From: the human T2T-CHM13v2.0 reference genome, Homo sapiens
DNA: 64,000 bases
Assembly (NCBI RefSeq): GCF_009914755.1
Contig: NC_060927.1
Direction: 5' to 3' (one strand)
Shown piece after piece: positions 14,799 to 27,684 of this stretch (positions are counted from its first letter, which is position 1; every line of letters begins with the position of its first letter). The notes under the pieces are model-generated. The model saw nothing but the letters and a program-made list of their open reading frames with translations, made no database searches and had not been told where the DNA came from. The position numbers and the translations under genes were made by a program.

Positions 14799-17007
14799 GT
14801 GCGTGGGACACGTGTGGGGCTCAGATTGGGGTGCCCCAAAACAGTGGCACTTAGGAATTTGTTGCTCGTTTGTTGATTACTTCAAGGAATCACAAGGAGT
14901 CATCTTGTAAGATTGTCTAGAAAAAAGCCAGATGTGTGTTTTAGGAGTTTGGAGTGTAAGATTTCAGTTAGTTGACATCTGGATGTGGCTGGTTCCCAAA
15001 AAGGATGAGTGCTTGCCTCAGTCCCTGGTGATAGTTTATCCTTCAGCAGCATGGCCCATAGATATGGTGGTAGGTACGTAAGAGGCAGGCTGTGGGGTCA
15101 CATCCCTACCTCTCCGCTTACCAGTTTTTTGACATTGGCCAAGTTTGATTTTATGCTCTAATTTCTTTATCTGCAAAATGAAGGTGATAGTGCCAATCTC
15201 ACCAAATGTTTATAGACAGAGACAGAAGATGTGTGTGTTTGTATACACATATATCTACACATTCATCCATGTATCTTTCTATAACTACACAAATATATAA
15301 TAAAAAGCATGTACTTACACTAATACTTCCAATTCCATTCCAACACCATAGGATTTATTCTAGCCTTCACCTTTTCCATTTCATGACTCCCTCCAGCTGC
15401 CACGATTCCCTGTATGTTTACCCGTCTGCCCGTTTCCCTGTGTGTACCTGTCTCACCTCTGCCACCCACCTCCGCGGTCCCCAGTGTCTCCTTGGCTCCA
15501 GCTGTAAGACCTGCCAGTCCTGCCACCTGAAGGGAAGGGAAGGGGAAGAAAGAAAGGAAGTGAACCAATTAATACTTTTAAAAGAAAAGGAAAGGGAAGA
15601 TAAAGCAAGGCTTTTATTATTTTTTAATAAAATAAATAAAACTGCAGATAAAATGCCTTTTCTTGCCTCCTGTATTCTGTTCTTTCATTCACGTGTGATG
15701 TACGCATCCTATCCACATTCTCTGTGTGCTGCATTTGTATGCATCTGTAAATCATATGTAGTATTTTATCTCTACTTAAAATTTTATATAAATGGGACTG
15801 TACTCCAAATACCATTCTAAAACTTGCCTTATTTATTCAATACGGGTACTGAAGCCATATTGAATATATCTGCGTTAATAGAGATTAATCCATTTCTGTA
15901 ATTTGGACTGTTGGATGATATTCTGTTTTATTGATTTATCACATTTTCATCGCTGTTTGATATTTGATCACATGCTGCAGTTCTTCATGTCAGGAAACAT
16001 CTTCATTCAAATTTTTCTGAGTATATGTATGAATTTCCATTCCACACTGGGAGGTGGGCTTGGAGGATATTCATATTTTAAGCTTTACTAAGCAATTCTA
16101 AATTGGATGTGTCAGTGTACACACCCACCAGTTGTAGACGACAAGCTTTGTTTCTTCATGTCTTTGTTAACCTTGAATATCATGATGCTTTTTAATTTTT
16201 GGTAATTTTATAAGTGTGAAATAGACTCATGTCTACACTTGCATTTCCCCGACATCTAATGAGGCTGAGAATGTCTTCAAATCATGATTATTAGAAATAC
16301 ATAGAGTTTTTAATTCAGAAGGCAGTATTTTGAAAGCCTGTGGCTTTCTCGTTATTTCACATTTCAAGTATGTTTACTCTTTCAGTGTTTGATGAATCTT
16401 CTCCCAAGTGAATGAGAAAGAGTGCCTTAATTGGTCAGGTTCCAGTTAACAACATTCACTTGCAATTGGATGAAGATGAAAAGTGAGGAGTCTCCTACTT
16501 TTGTAAATGAAATGTTTTTTTACACGTGTAGGAATTAGAGTGACTTACATGATATAAGATCTTTAAAATGTTATAAAATTTCTAATTAGGCTGAATATGT
16601 GTGATATCTTGAACATTTCCTACATGGTCTTTACTGTATAAAACACAGCTGAAGGGAAAGAAATAGACAACCATCTTAGGCCTTAGCATTCCCCCCGTTT
16701 ATTTTAAAAAGTAAACATTAAGGACCTAGTGGAATTAGGTCGTCACATAATTGCTCCAACACAGCTGGATAGACATGTGTTCCTGTTGGCTGTCAACCCA
16801 CACTCTACTGCACAGCTTGAATAGTTCTTTTATCTGCTTGGTACCAAAGCCAAAATCCTGGTATACAAGAGCAATTTAGGGGTGTTGATGTATGAGTTTA
16901 GTTGGCCAAATGTCACTCCCATGACAGTCAGGGCTGCCCAGACGACCCTTCATTCATCCTGAATGATTTCTGGAGCGTGAGCTGTGTGCCCTTGTTCCTT
17001 CCTCTAG

Positions 17008-17259
17008 ATATCAGCTGAACCTCTTTGCGAGGATGTGTCTGGACCGCCAATACCTGGCCATCAACGAAATCTCAGGCCAGCTGGATGTCGATCTCATTCT
17101 CCGCTGCATGTCTGACGAGAACCTGCCCTATGACCTCAGGGCGTCCTTCTGCCGCCTCATGCTTCACATGCATGTGGACCGAGATCCCCAGGAACAAGTC
17201 ACCCCCGTGAAATATGCCCGCCTCTGGTCGGAGATTCCCTCGGAGATCGCCATTGACGA
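17008..17259 (+). CDS. ITPR1: ITPR1 exon (window exon 9): [15 protein letters not shown]...PSEIAID(D)
   Basis: ctctag acceptor; gtgagc donor; overlaps ORF 17033..17263. Confidence 0.97.
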
Positions 17260-17377
17260 GTGAGCCTGGCACCTGAAAACCTCACTTTACATTATTCTGT
17301 GCGGCAGTAGATAGCCCCATATGGTCTCATTAAATCTTAGAAGAAAGATGAAGTGTTGGTTTTTTCTTCAAGCTTAA

Positions 17378-17753
<376 letters not shown>

Positions 17754-18073
17754 CCGATTGTATTTTTTATATCTCATTTATCTCCTCTTTCATTCTGCAA
17801 ATATTTAAGTGTGTACTATGTGCCAAGCTCAAGAAATATATCAGTGAACAAACTAGAAAGCAATCTCTATGCTAGTTGGTGGAAGACAGACAATAGGCAA
17901 GATAAACGACTCAAATATATAGTTGGTGATATATGCTAAGGAGGGAAAAAATAAAGTAGGGTCAAGGGATGCCAAGGGTTAGGGGATGTTGACTTTTGAA
18001 GCTGAGTGACCCAGGAAGACCTCTCTGGGAATAACTTGAAATTTTGTTTCCTTTCTTTCTCCTTTCTTTTCAG

Positions 18074-18215
18074 CTATGATAGTAGTGGAGCTTCCAAAGA
18101 TGAAATTAAGGAGAGATTTGCTCAGACCATGGAGTTTGTGGAGGAGTATTTAAGAGATGTGGTTTGTCAGAGGTTCCCTTTCTCTGATAAAGAGAAGAAT
18201 AAGCTTACGTTTGAG
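18074..18215 (+). CDS. ITPR1: ITPR1 exon (window exon 10): [15 protein letters not shown]...KNKLTFE
   Basis: tttcag acceptor; gtaact donor; within ORF 18006..18296. Confidence 0.97.
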
Positions 18216-18939
18216 GTAACTCATGATGAAATCTTCTATGTGTATTATCTGCCTCTCAGTGGTCATTTTTCTATGGGGCAAATAGAAAATATGTGAGTAG
18301 GTTGTGATTTTGGTCATGATGCTCTGGTTTTGTAATGGAAAGGAATTCAGCTTGGTTTTGTTCCAGAATAAAATAAAACGGATACCAGTCACATGGCTTA
18401 ATAGTAGTTATGGGCTTAAAAGAAATATACAAGGTGACTTGAACCACATAAAATGATAGAACATCACTTTGTGTTAAAACTGACAAGAGAGAAACACTGT
18501 GCTTGCAATCTGCCATAGCTTAATCATTTGCAGAACATAAATCCTTGTTACTTCTGAGTTAACAACGTTTCTGAGACTGCTTTTGCCTTTTAAGAGCTGT
18601 ATTGCTGAGGATCGCAGAGTGTTATTATCTGTGTCCTTATTGGGAATAACTCTGCTTGCCTGGTGTTAATATTATCCTTGGGAAGCTGTGTAGAGCAAAT
18701 GATGAGGTCTTTTTTTTTTTTTGATTAGTCATCAGAGCAGATCAGTAGCTTTCCATTTCTTATTTTTCCTCCTTATGAAACAAAATGAAAATTTATCAGA
18801 AAGTGCAAGGAAAATACATGCCTTCTCTTACCATAAGGAAGGTCCAAGTCTGTCATTTCTAAACTGGTCAACATCAAATGGAATTGAAGGGGATGCAGTT
18901 TATGTAATACCGTCTTCTTCTTTTATTTTAATACAATAG

Positions 18940-19120
18940 GTTGTAAATTTAGCTAGGAATCTCATATACTTTGGTTTCTACAACTTCTCTGACCTTCTAC
19001 GATTAACTAAGATCCTTCTGGCCATATTGGACTGTGTACATGTGACAACAATCTTCCCCATTAGCAAGATGGCGAAAGGAGAAGAGAATAAAGGTAACAA
19101 TGATGTGGAGAAGCTGAAGA
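18940..19120 (+). CDS. ITPR1: ITPR1 exon (window exon 11): [14 protein letters not shown]...EENKG[NNDVEKLKS]; alternative donors after 19093 (SIII-) and 19120 (SIII+)
   Basis: aatag acceptor; donors AAG|gtaaca and AGA|gtgagt are 27 nt apart and in the same phase. Confidence 0.96.
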
Positions 19121-19930
19121 GTGAGTATCTGAGGGTGCCCATACATCTGAGAGATGCCCTCCAGCCTTTCCTGTTATGCTCATGTCATACCCTATATGTG
19201 ATGCCACATCCTTTCTTTGTTCATTCCTTCCCAACTTTTCATCGTGAACATTTTCAAATACTGTGTAAAGAAAAGCGGAAAGAACAGTACGATGGAGTCC
19301 CACGTACCCATGACTTTGAGTCAACAGTTATTCACGTTTTGCTGAATTTTATTTTGTATTTATGTGTATTTATGTGTATTTTATTTTGTATTTATGTGTT
19401 TATGTATGAGTCGTGTGTATATTTTGTTGAACAATTTGAAAGTTACTTAACACTTTGAATGTTTATATAACAAATACATGTCCTATCATTGTTCTTGACA
19501 TTCGTGAGACCCTTGATAATAATATTTGTTTAGGATGTAAGAAAATCCAGGCTTCTATCTTGGTGGCTATTTCCACTTTGTGAGAAGGACAATCTGCCTT
19601 TGCATGTTTATTTCTTCCTCGTTTTAGGGTCAGAGTAGGCAGATATTGGTATCATGTATCAATTATTGTTAACTGGTCTTCTGCAGCTAGAACAGAAAGA
19701 AATACATTGACTTATCTCTATTTGCTAGGTCTTGTGCTGAGTCATGTTGCATTATACCATTTAGTTCTTTTGTTGAGCTCCTTTATTTCCATTTTGTAGA
19801 TGAGGAGACTGAGGCTTAGAGGTAGTATGGTGCACCTAAGGTCAAGCAGCATCAGGATTTGTACCTTGTTAACTTTATGTACCTAGTTCTGTGCTCATAA
19901 CAAGCACATAGTTGATGATCAATAAAATTT

Positions 19931-20240
19931 GGGCAGGGCATAGTGATTCATACCTGTAATACTAACATTTTGGGAGGCTGTAGCAGGAGGATTGCTTGAG
20001 GCCAGGAGTTCGAGACCAGGCTGGGCAATATAGAGAGAACCTATCTCTACCAAAAAAAAAAAAAAAATTAGCTGGGTGTGGTGATGCATGCCTATAGTCC
20101 TAGCTACTTGAGACGTTGAGGCAGGAAGATTGTTTGAGCCCAGAAGTTTGAGGCCACAGGGAACCATCATTGTGTCACTGCACTCCAGCCTAGGTGATAG
20201 AGGAAGATCCTGTCTCTAAAGAAAATTAAAAAAAATAAAA
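19931..20240 (+). mobile_element. Alu SINE (old, AluJ-like)
   Basis: diverged Alu dimer with ggaggattgcttgaggccaggag. Confidence 0.9.
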
Positions 20241-20485
20241 TTTGATGGGCAAGTTAGTGCACAGAAATGCCCCTCTGGGGATTTTGAAGCCCGTGATCTT
20301 TCTGTTGCTCTCAGAAGCCCAGATTTTTGATGTGCATTTACCTTTCCAGGTTTCCAGGGTCCTGAGATTATGTTGGAATAGGGATATGTTAAATAATTTC
20401 TCTCAAAGAGCCCCTGCCCCTTGACATATGCCTCTGAGCATTCTCTAGAGACATTGTGACCGTGGTCTCTCCTGGCCTTTCCTAG

Positions 20486-20673
20486 GCAGTAACGTGATGA
20501 GATCTATTCATGGCGTGGGAGAGCTGATGACCCAGGTGGTGCTCCGGGGAGGAGGCTTTTTGCCCATGACTCCCATGGCTGCTGCCCCTGAAGGCAATGT
20601 GAAGCAGGCAGAGCCTGAGAAGGAGGACATCATGGTCATGGACACCAAGCTGAAGATCATTGAGATACTCCAG
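20486..20673 (+). CDS. ITPR1: ITPR1 exon (window exon 12): [14 protein letters not shown]...KLKIIEILQ
   Basis: cctag acceptor; CAG|gtatcc donor; overlaps ORF 20494..20748. Confidence 0.97.
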
Positions 20674-21059
20674 GTATCCACTAGCTGGAGCTGGGGTAGG
20701 GAGGGTATGTCACAGAGGCGCCATTCAGATCCAGTCCCTCTGTTCTGATGGAGCCCAAGGCTTTCTGGGAAGAAAATGGGGGCAAATCCTTAGCTCATCC
20801 CTCCGTGTCATTTATGAGCTGGCTCCTCTTAATCCCTTTACTGCTTTCTCCTACCCTCCCAACATGGCCATGTCCCTCCAGCCATGTCAAGACTTGCCAT
20901 TGTTATCTTAGCTTTCCATGATCATTGGCCTCCATGCCAACCCTCTGCCTAGAATTCACTTACCTCTGTGTCTCCATGTAGCTGCATCTCTGCTTATTGA
21001 TCATAACTAGGTTCAGGGTTCCATCAACTTTGCAAAGCCTTCCTCCCTTCTTCCCTTTT

Positions 21060-21500
21060 TCATTCAATCAACAAATATTTATTGAGACCAACTCTGTGCC
21101 AAGTCCCCTTAAGCACTGGGAGGGTCCAGCAATGAAAAAAATAGATGAAATTCCTGCTTCTCTAGAATTTACATTTTGATAGAGGGGCATGGGCATGTAT
21201 TAAGAATAAGTGCTAAGAGACGTTAAAAAGTAAAGGAGGGTCAGGATTGTTTGGAGACACTGAGGACAGGGGGCTGGGGTTATTGTGTTTGGTGAGGTTA
21301 TCAGAGAAGGCCTCTCCAGTACAGTGACATGATTACACACCTGAATGAAGTGAGGAGATAGCCACACAGATATCTTGGGAAAGGGTATCTGAGGCAGAGG
21401 GAGCAGCAAACACAAAGACCCCATGGTGAAGAGGGCACATTTGGGAACAGGTGGGGTTCAAGAGGGAATGGGAGAAGATCAAGTCGGGGAGTAAATATAT
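21060..21500. mobile_element. L2 LINE fragment
   Basis: cattcaatcaacaaatatttattgag end and gaggcagagggagcagcaaacacaaagaccc motif. Confidence 0.65.
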
Positions 21501-23111
21501 ATAGCTTCTTGGACAGATTGCCTGTAAGGATGCACAGAGAAGTGGGGACATGGGCAGAGAGCGATTGTTGGTAACATGGTTTATTTTTGTTGTAATATTT
21601 TTTAAGTGGGTGGGTTATAACAAGCTTGTATGGTGAATAGGAATGATCATGTATACAGGGAGAGTTTGTTGCTGTTTGGGGAGAGAATAATTGTAAGAGC
21701 AAAGTCCTTCTGTAGGCAAGCGGGGGTGGAATCTAGTATATAGGGAAGGCTTGGTCGTAGGCATGAAACCCTCCCAAGCCTCTCTACAGCTTTGAACCCC
21801 ACCCGACAACCTGCGCTTCCCTCTTTCTGTGCCGTGTAGGTAACTTTTATTCATCAACAAAATCATCTGCTCCTTAATGGAAAGAATTATGTGTTAGCAC
21901 CTTCTTTTTTTTTATCCCATGTTGCCTGATCTCAACCCCAACAGATGTAGTAGAAATTCATAAATGTTTAAGATCTGGGGGTTTTATTTTTTAGTCTGAA
22001 ATCACCCTTTACCAATGCTTTGAAAGTTTTAATGGGTTGTCTCAAAGTCATGTAATTAGGACGATAAAGACAGCTTAAGTAAAGGAGAAATCTTACTGAA
22101 TTTATGCCTGAGCAACAGTAGAGAAAGATTCCTTTTTTAAAACTTTATTTTTTAATAAATTTTATTTTTACTTTTATTTTCAATTTTTTTTGTCGAGACA
22201 AAATATACATATAAAATTTGCAGGCCATGGTCCATGTGTTCCAAAGTGGTGTCTTGGACGTTTATCAGAAACGACGCAGTGCAAAACTTGGTCACATCTT
22301 GAGGTGCACTCACCGTGGTGACCTAAGAAGGATTGGTCGATTGAGTCATTCTTTCCACGGGTACTTATTGACTCCCTACCATGTGCACTGTGAGGAATGC
22401 AAAAATGATTCAAACAGGGGCTCCATCCACAGGGGTTTATAGTCTGATGGGAGAATAAGGTATGATGAAGCTGCGTGGATGTGGAAATAAAACCACCAGA
22501 AAGTTCTTCTGAGACTGGAGTCCGGGGGTGGGGTCATGTGACTCCACATGGTTAAGGTCAGAGAAGGGTTGATGGAGGAGGTAGGGTTTCATCTGAGCCT
22601 TTAAGGTGCATGGGCTTTGTACATGGAGAAACAAGGGCCCGTTCTCAGGTGGATGGAGCAGCCTGAAGCCGAGTACCATGGGATGCAGGTCAGTGGGCAG
22701 TTCTTGCTGAGCAGAGACATAGAGTGTGCTGAGGGGAAGTTGTCAGAAGTGAGGTTGGAAAGGAGGACCAAGCCACACTGCACAGAGCTTTGGGTGTCTA
22801 AAATGCTAAGGCTTATTCTCTGTTGAGCCTTTGAAAGTCTTCAAGCGGGAGCTTAACATAAGAACAAGTGGTTAGGAGGCTGATTTGGTGAATTTGGTTC
22901 TGTAAATGGAACAGGCAGGAGATAATGAGGCCTTGAGCAGGGAGAAACGGCAGTAGGGGAGAACTCTATGAGAAGCGGTAAATGGAGAACCACCAGGACT
23001 TAGTCTCTGATTAGATGTGTGTCCAGGAAGGAGGCGCTGATGATCAGGCAACTGACTGAGGTTGAGGAAACCCAGGCAGAAAGTAGATGAAGGCAAGACT
23101 GACAATGTTAG

Positions 23112-23616
23112 TGTGTTAGCGCTCTCCAGAGAAACAGAACAAATAGGATACATACAGATAGACAAGAGGGGGTTTATTATGGGAATTGGCCTCACGCAGT
23201 TACGGAGGCCGAGAAGTCCCCCAGTCTGCCACAGCAAGCTGTGTCCCGGGAAAGCCAGTGGTGTGATTCAGCCTGAGTCCCAAGGCTGAGAACCAGGGGA
23301 GCTGAAGGTGTAACTCTCAGTCTGAGGCCAAAAGCCGGAGAACCTGGAGCTCTGATGGGCAGGAGAAGATGAGTGTCCCAGCTCCAGAACAGGTGGATTC
23401 GGTCTTCCTCCACCTGTTTGCTCTATCCAGGCCCTCCGTGGATTGGATGGTGCCCACTCACACTGGGTGAGAGCGGATCTTCTTTACTCAGCTCACTGAT
23501 TCAAATGCCAGTCCATTCTGGAAACCCCCTCATAGATTTACCCGGAAATAAAGTTGTACAAGCTATCTAGGTGTCCTTGAACCCAGTCAAGTTGGCATAT
23601 AAAATTAACCATCGCA
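23112..23616. mobile_element. MLT2-like ERVL solo LTR
   Basis: ctccagagaaacagaac...ggaattggcctcacgc...cccagtcaagttggcatataaaattaaccatc. Confidence 0.85.
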
Positions 23617-24424
23617 GTTACTTTTGTGAAACACTGAGTTTGAGGCCCTGGGAAGATAGCAAATAGGATGTCCAACAGTCTGTAGGACACATACACTGAG
23701 AGCATGGAGGCAGGCCAGAGACCTATCTCCCTCTGGAAGAGGTGATGGCCATTGGACTGGGAAAGGTTGCTGGGAGGCTAAGCAGAGACAAGGGGAGAAC
23801 GGAAGGAAGAATGTGAGTGAGATCCCTACATGATGTCAGCTGCTCAATCTTTCTTTTTGGTTCTAGCAGCAATCCTGGGAAAAGTGACCCTGTGTTGGAA
23901 TAAAGGGTGAGGGAATACAGGAGGCAAAAGAAGAGGGTGTCCAAGGGTTTGTACCCAAACCAGGGGAAACAACCAGAAACAGGAAATAGGAACCAAGCTA
24001 ATTTTCCATAGTAAAAAACAAATTTTTTTTTGTTAATTCTCTTAAATCCAAAGCAGGCAACTTCACTCTTTTCAGTGTTAGGCCCAGAGTTGACATTCAA
24101 TACTTACTGAAATGGAGTCTTGTTTTATAGACTCCATTTATGGAGCCAGGAGTGAGTGATTTAGTGTTCCAATTGTTAAATTAATTGCCAGGATGCTGAA
24201 GCTTACACTAGAGGCTAAGGTGCTATGGGCAGACTTCATATGCCCCATGGAAGTCTGCTGTTGTTAAAATGACTGTTGAAATCTAAGCCAAATACTTGGC
24301 TCACTTAGTGCTTAAGGTAATTGATGCAGCTGATACCAGGCCCCGCCAGTGTGTGGTGGCTTGGCAGAGTCAAGATGGTATGTTAATGTAACCAATCTGT
24401 TTCCATTTCCACTTGAATCTTTAG

Positions 24425-24563
24425 TTTATTTTGAATGTGAGGTTGGATTATAGGATCTCCTGCCTCCTGTGTATATTTAAGCGAGAGTTTGATGAAAGCA
24501 ATTCCCAGACTTCAGAAACATCCTCCGGAAACAGCAGCCAAGAAGGGCCAAGTAATGTACCAG
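24425..24563 (+). CDS. ITPR1: ITPR1 exon (window exon 13): [22 protein letters not shown]...GPSNVP(G)
   Basis: tttag acceptor; CAG|gttagt donor; translated by hand. Confidence 0.96.
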
Positions 24564-25235
24564 GTTAGTGATTCAGAATGGAATTTCAGCCATAGAATGG
24601 GACCTGGCTCTAAGGAAAATGGGGAGAGCAAACAGTATCTTCTAGAAAAAGGGTGAAAATGGTTTTGAGGATTATTGCACCAGGGCATCATCCTGGCAGT
24701 TACTCTTTTTGAGCAAGTGGATAATTGATAGAGCCCAGATTCCTTCTGGGTTGGATCTTGTTTCCTTCCATCTGGGAGTGTCTTAGTGATGAGACAGTTG
24801 AGGTTTCCAGCATTGTGGCTACCCACCTCCCCCGCAAAAATACCAAAATAAAAACAGTAACAAAAAACTCTCCAGGAGACTTCTTGACCACTAGCAGCTT
24901 TTACTCACTTTGGAAGTTTTTCCCTGCCCAGGAACTAGTGGTGACGGGAGATGGTAGGAGTAGAAATAATCCCATCTACCAAGCCCAAGCTTCCATGAGT
25001 GAGATCATTGCTGTCCTTTACCAGGGGACCATGCAGTGAGGGAGGAAGGGGCAGGAATGTGGAATATGTGGTTAATGTCATCTGGGTTAGTCACTCTGCA
25101 TAGCTTTGCAATATAATGTTCTGGGAGATTTGGGGTTAACTCAACAGCTTTACCCTGCAAAACTTATGGATGAGTTCACCAGCAGCATGTTTGCAGACCT
25201 TCCTGCATCTGAAGTGGTATGTTCTAACTTTTCAG

Positions 25236-25290
25236 GTGCTCTTGACTTTGAACACATTGAAGAACAAGCAGAAGGCATCTTTGGAGGAAG
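25236..25290 (+). CDS. ITPR1: ITPR1 exon (window exon 14): GALDFEHIEEQAEGIFGG(S); ends at a non-canonical GA donor
   Basis: tttcag acceptor; the known protein IFGGSEENTP requires the junction GGAAG|T, which places the intron start at gaaagt. Confidence 0.9.
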
Positions 25291-25464
25291 GAAAGTATAT
25301 TTTCAGTTACTGTTTTGTAGGGAAGGCTGCTCTTCCAGAGCTCTCAGAGGCCTTCCCTTTATTATGTTAGTAAATATTTAGTCTCTGGGCTTAGGTTGTT
25401 TTGGTGCTATCTTTGGAACTGTTAGTACTCAAGTCAGAGTTAACTTGGTTGGCTTGATTGGGAG

Positions 25465-25496
25465 GAGAGAGAGAGTGAGAGAGAGAGAGAGAGAAA

Positions 25497-25544
<48 letters not shown>
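25465..25544 (+). repeat. Compound microsatellite (GA)n-(GT)22
   Basis: read directly from sequence. Confidence 0.98.
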
Positions 25545-25547
<3 letters not shown>

Positions 25548-26794
25548 ACCTAGGACAGAAAGGATTTAAGGAGATTTCTCAAAATACCTACATTACAAGA
25601 TTATTTTTACATAGTGAGGAAATGCAATCAAAAGAAGAATAGAAAGAGAGAGGGGCTCAAAACAGAGTGAAGTTAGTAAGATCATGTCCTGCTGCTGCTG
25701 CTGGGCTACAATTTTATCCCTGAGCTCCTTACAGGCTATGCAACAAAGAAAGCAAAATCTGTTCTTTCATTGTTCCTAATATTAATGTATGAACCCCTTT
25801 AAAAAAAAACCGCACTGGTCAATTTTGACTTAAGACATTATTATAATTATGGAACTCTTATACCTCCAAGTATAAAATTTGGTATAAACACCATATGCAC
25901 GTAGTTCTTATAATTAGCACACTTGGTTTGATTATTGCTTTATAACATATTACTCCAAAAAACTGAAGGATTCAAACCACCACCATTTTATTAATACTTC
26001 TTACAGCCCTGTGGCTTGATTAAGCTGGATGGTTCTTCTGCTGGTGGTCACTGTTGGGTCTGTCATACTGTAGTGAGGTGGTAACTGGGGCTGGCACCTC
26101 CAAGTTGGATTATTCACATTTCTGGCACTATAGCAGAGATGCCTGCAAGGCCAGAACTTCTTTCTCTCTCTGTCCATGTGGATAGCTTGGGCTTCTTTAC
26201 AGCACGGTGGCTGACTCAAAAAGCAAATGTTCTAAGAGGACAAGCCAACAGTATGCAAGTGCTAATTGGGCCTCTGCTTGCATTGCATCTCCTAATATCT
26301 TATTGTTCAAGCAAATCCCATGGCCAAGCTCATTGTCAGTGTGGGAGGGGACTACATAAGGGTTTGAACACTCTGTTGGGGCCCACCAGTGTTAATAGTC
26401 TACCTCAATGCTTAATATAAAACCTGTGAAATTTGAATTAGCAACATTATGTACTATGATGGAAGATGTTTTTCTGAAACTTAAACATGGTATTGTGAGT
26501 TTAGCATAATACAGGTTCCATGTGCTGTGTGATCACTCAGCTCTCCCGCCATTTTCCTCATAGTGAACAGCATTGAAACCTTCACACCTTTTTGGAATAC
26601 ATAGCATGAATACAGTATTTATAAGTCTTCTCTGTGCTTTTCTTATTAGCCAGCAACCAGGAAGTTTCCACCATTTGTCATTCATTTGACTCTAAACCCA
26701 ATATAGGTGCAGACCCAATAATTGACTAGCAGTGCTCAGTTATGGAGTAGTCTGCCATTTGATCTAGGATATGCTTATTAATATTTAAATATAG

Positions 26795-26915
26795 TCAGGC
26801 ATGGTAGTGCATTCCTATAGTCCCAGCTACTCAGTATGCTAAGGCAGGAGGATCATTTGAGCATAGGAGTTTGAATTCAGCCTGAGCAACATAGCAAGAC
26901 CTCATCTCTAAAAAC
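26795..26915 (+). mobile_element. Alu monomer (FLAM-like)
   Basis: caggcatggtagtgcattcctatagtcccagctac...cagcctgagcaacatagcaagacc. Confidence 0.8.
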
Positions 26916-27271
26916 TAAATACATAAACTAATAACTTAGGAGAAACACATCCTCTTGCAGTTCTCAGACCACAGACGAAGCCCAGCAGAAGAACACCCTA
27001 TGTAGATGTTGAGAATCTAATGCTAGTCTTGTCACTTTGGCTTAAAATTTGACTTATCTTTTAATATGACATCTTCCTTGTCCCCTCACCTCATAATATA
27101 GTTGAAGATGAAGCAAGGCTGTATTGTTAAAGGAGCTAATGAAAAGTGAAATTGCATGTCTGGAGATCACAGTGCTAGAAATGCAACTAGGTTAGGTGCA
27201 TCTGGGCCCAAGGGGCGTGAGAGGAGGCATTTGTCATTCATTTGGCCTTTCCCCACCTTGTGCTCCTTTAG

Positions 27272-27437
27272 TGAGGAGAACACCCCACTGGACTTGGATG
27301 ACCACGGCGGCAGAACCTTTCTCCGTGTCCTGCTCCACTTGACGATGCATGACTACCCACCCCTGGTGTCAGGGGCCCTGCAGCTCCTCTTCCGGCACTT
27401 CAGCCAGAGGCAGGAGGTGCTCCAGGCCTTCAAACAG
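27272..27437 (+). CDS. ITPR1: ITPR1 exon (window exon 15): [18 protein letters not shown]...EVLQAFKQ
   Basis: ctttag acceptor; CAG|gtagct donor; within ORF 27156..27512. Confidence 0.97.
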
Positions 27438-27513
27438 GTAGCTCAGGTCACCCACGTGTGTGTTGTCTGTCCAAGAAGCTGTTGTGTGCACCTAACGGAT
27501 TGCGTTCATTAAG

Positions 27514-27684
27514 GTTCAACTGCTGGTTACCAGCCAAGATGTGGACAACTACAAACAGATCAAACAAGACTTGGATCAACTGAGGTCCATCGTGGAAAAG
27601 TCAGAGCTTTGGGTGTACAAAGGGCAGGGCCCCGATGAGACTATGGATGGTGCATCTGGAGAAAATGAACATAAGAAAACGGAG
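27514..27684 (+). CDS. ITPR1: ITPR1 exon (window exon 16): [15 protein letters not shown]...NEHKKTE
   Basis: ttaag acceptor after a 76-nt intron; gtgagt donor. Confidence 0.96.

Noticed and set aside
14320-14811. 163-aa minus-strand ORF
   Set aside because: Antisense shadow of an ITPR1 exon plus a MER20 fossil.
15206-15820. Longest non-exonic ORF (204 aa)
   Set aside because: Low-complexity intronic or old-repeat sequence with no recognisable domain or promoter context; consistent with a chance ORF.
22218-22442. Possible cryptic exon after tttgcag with a few CpGs
   Set aside because: No convincing donor and no similarity to IP3R sequence; cannot be supported without RNA data.
25291-25381. 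Pseudogenising splice mutation or premature stop after IFGG
   Set aside because: All other exons are intact and in frame, and the GA site otherwise matches the U1 consensus, so functional non-canonical splicing is the simpler explanation.
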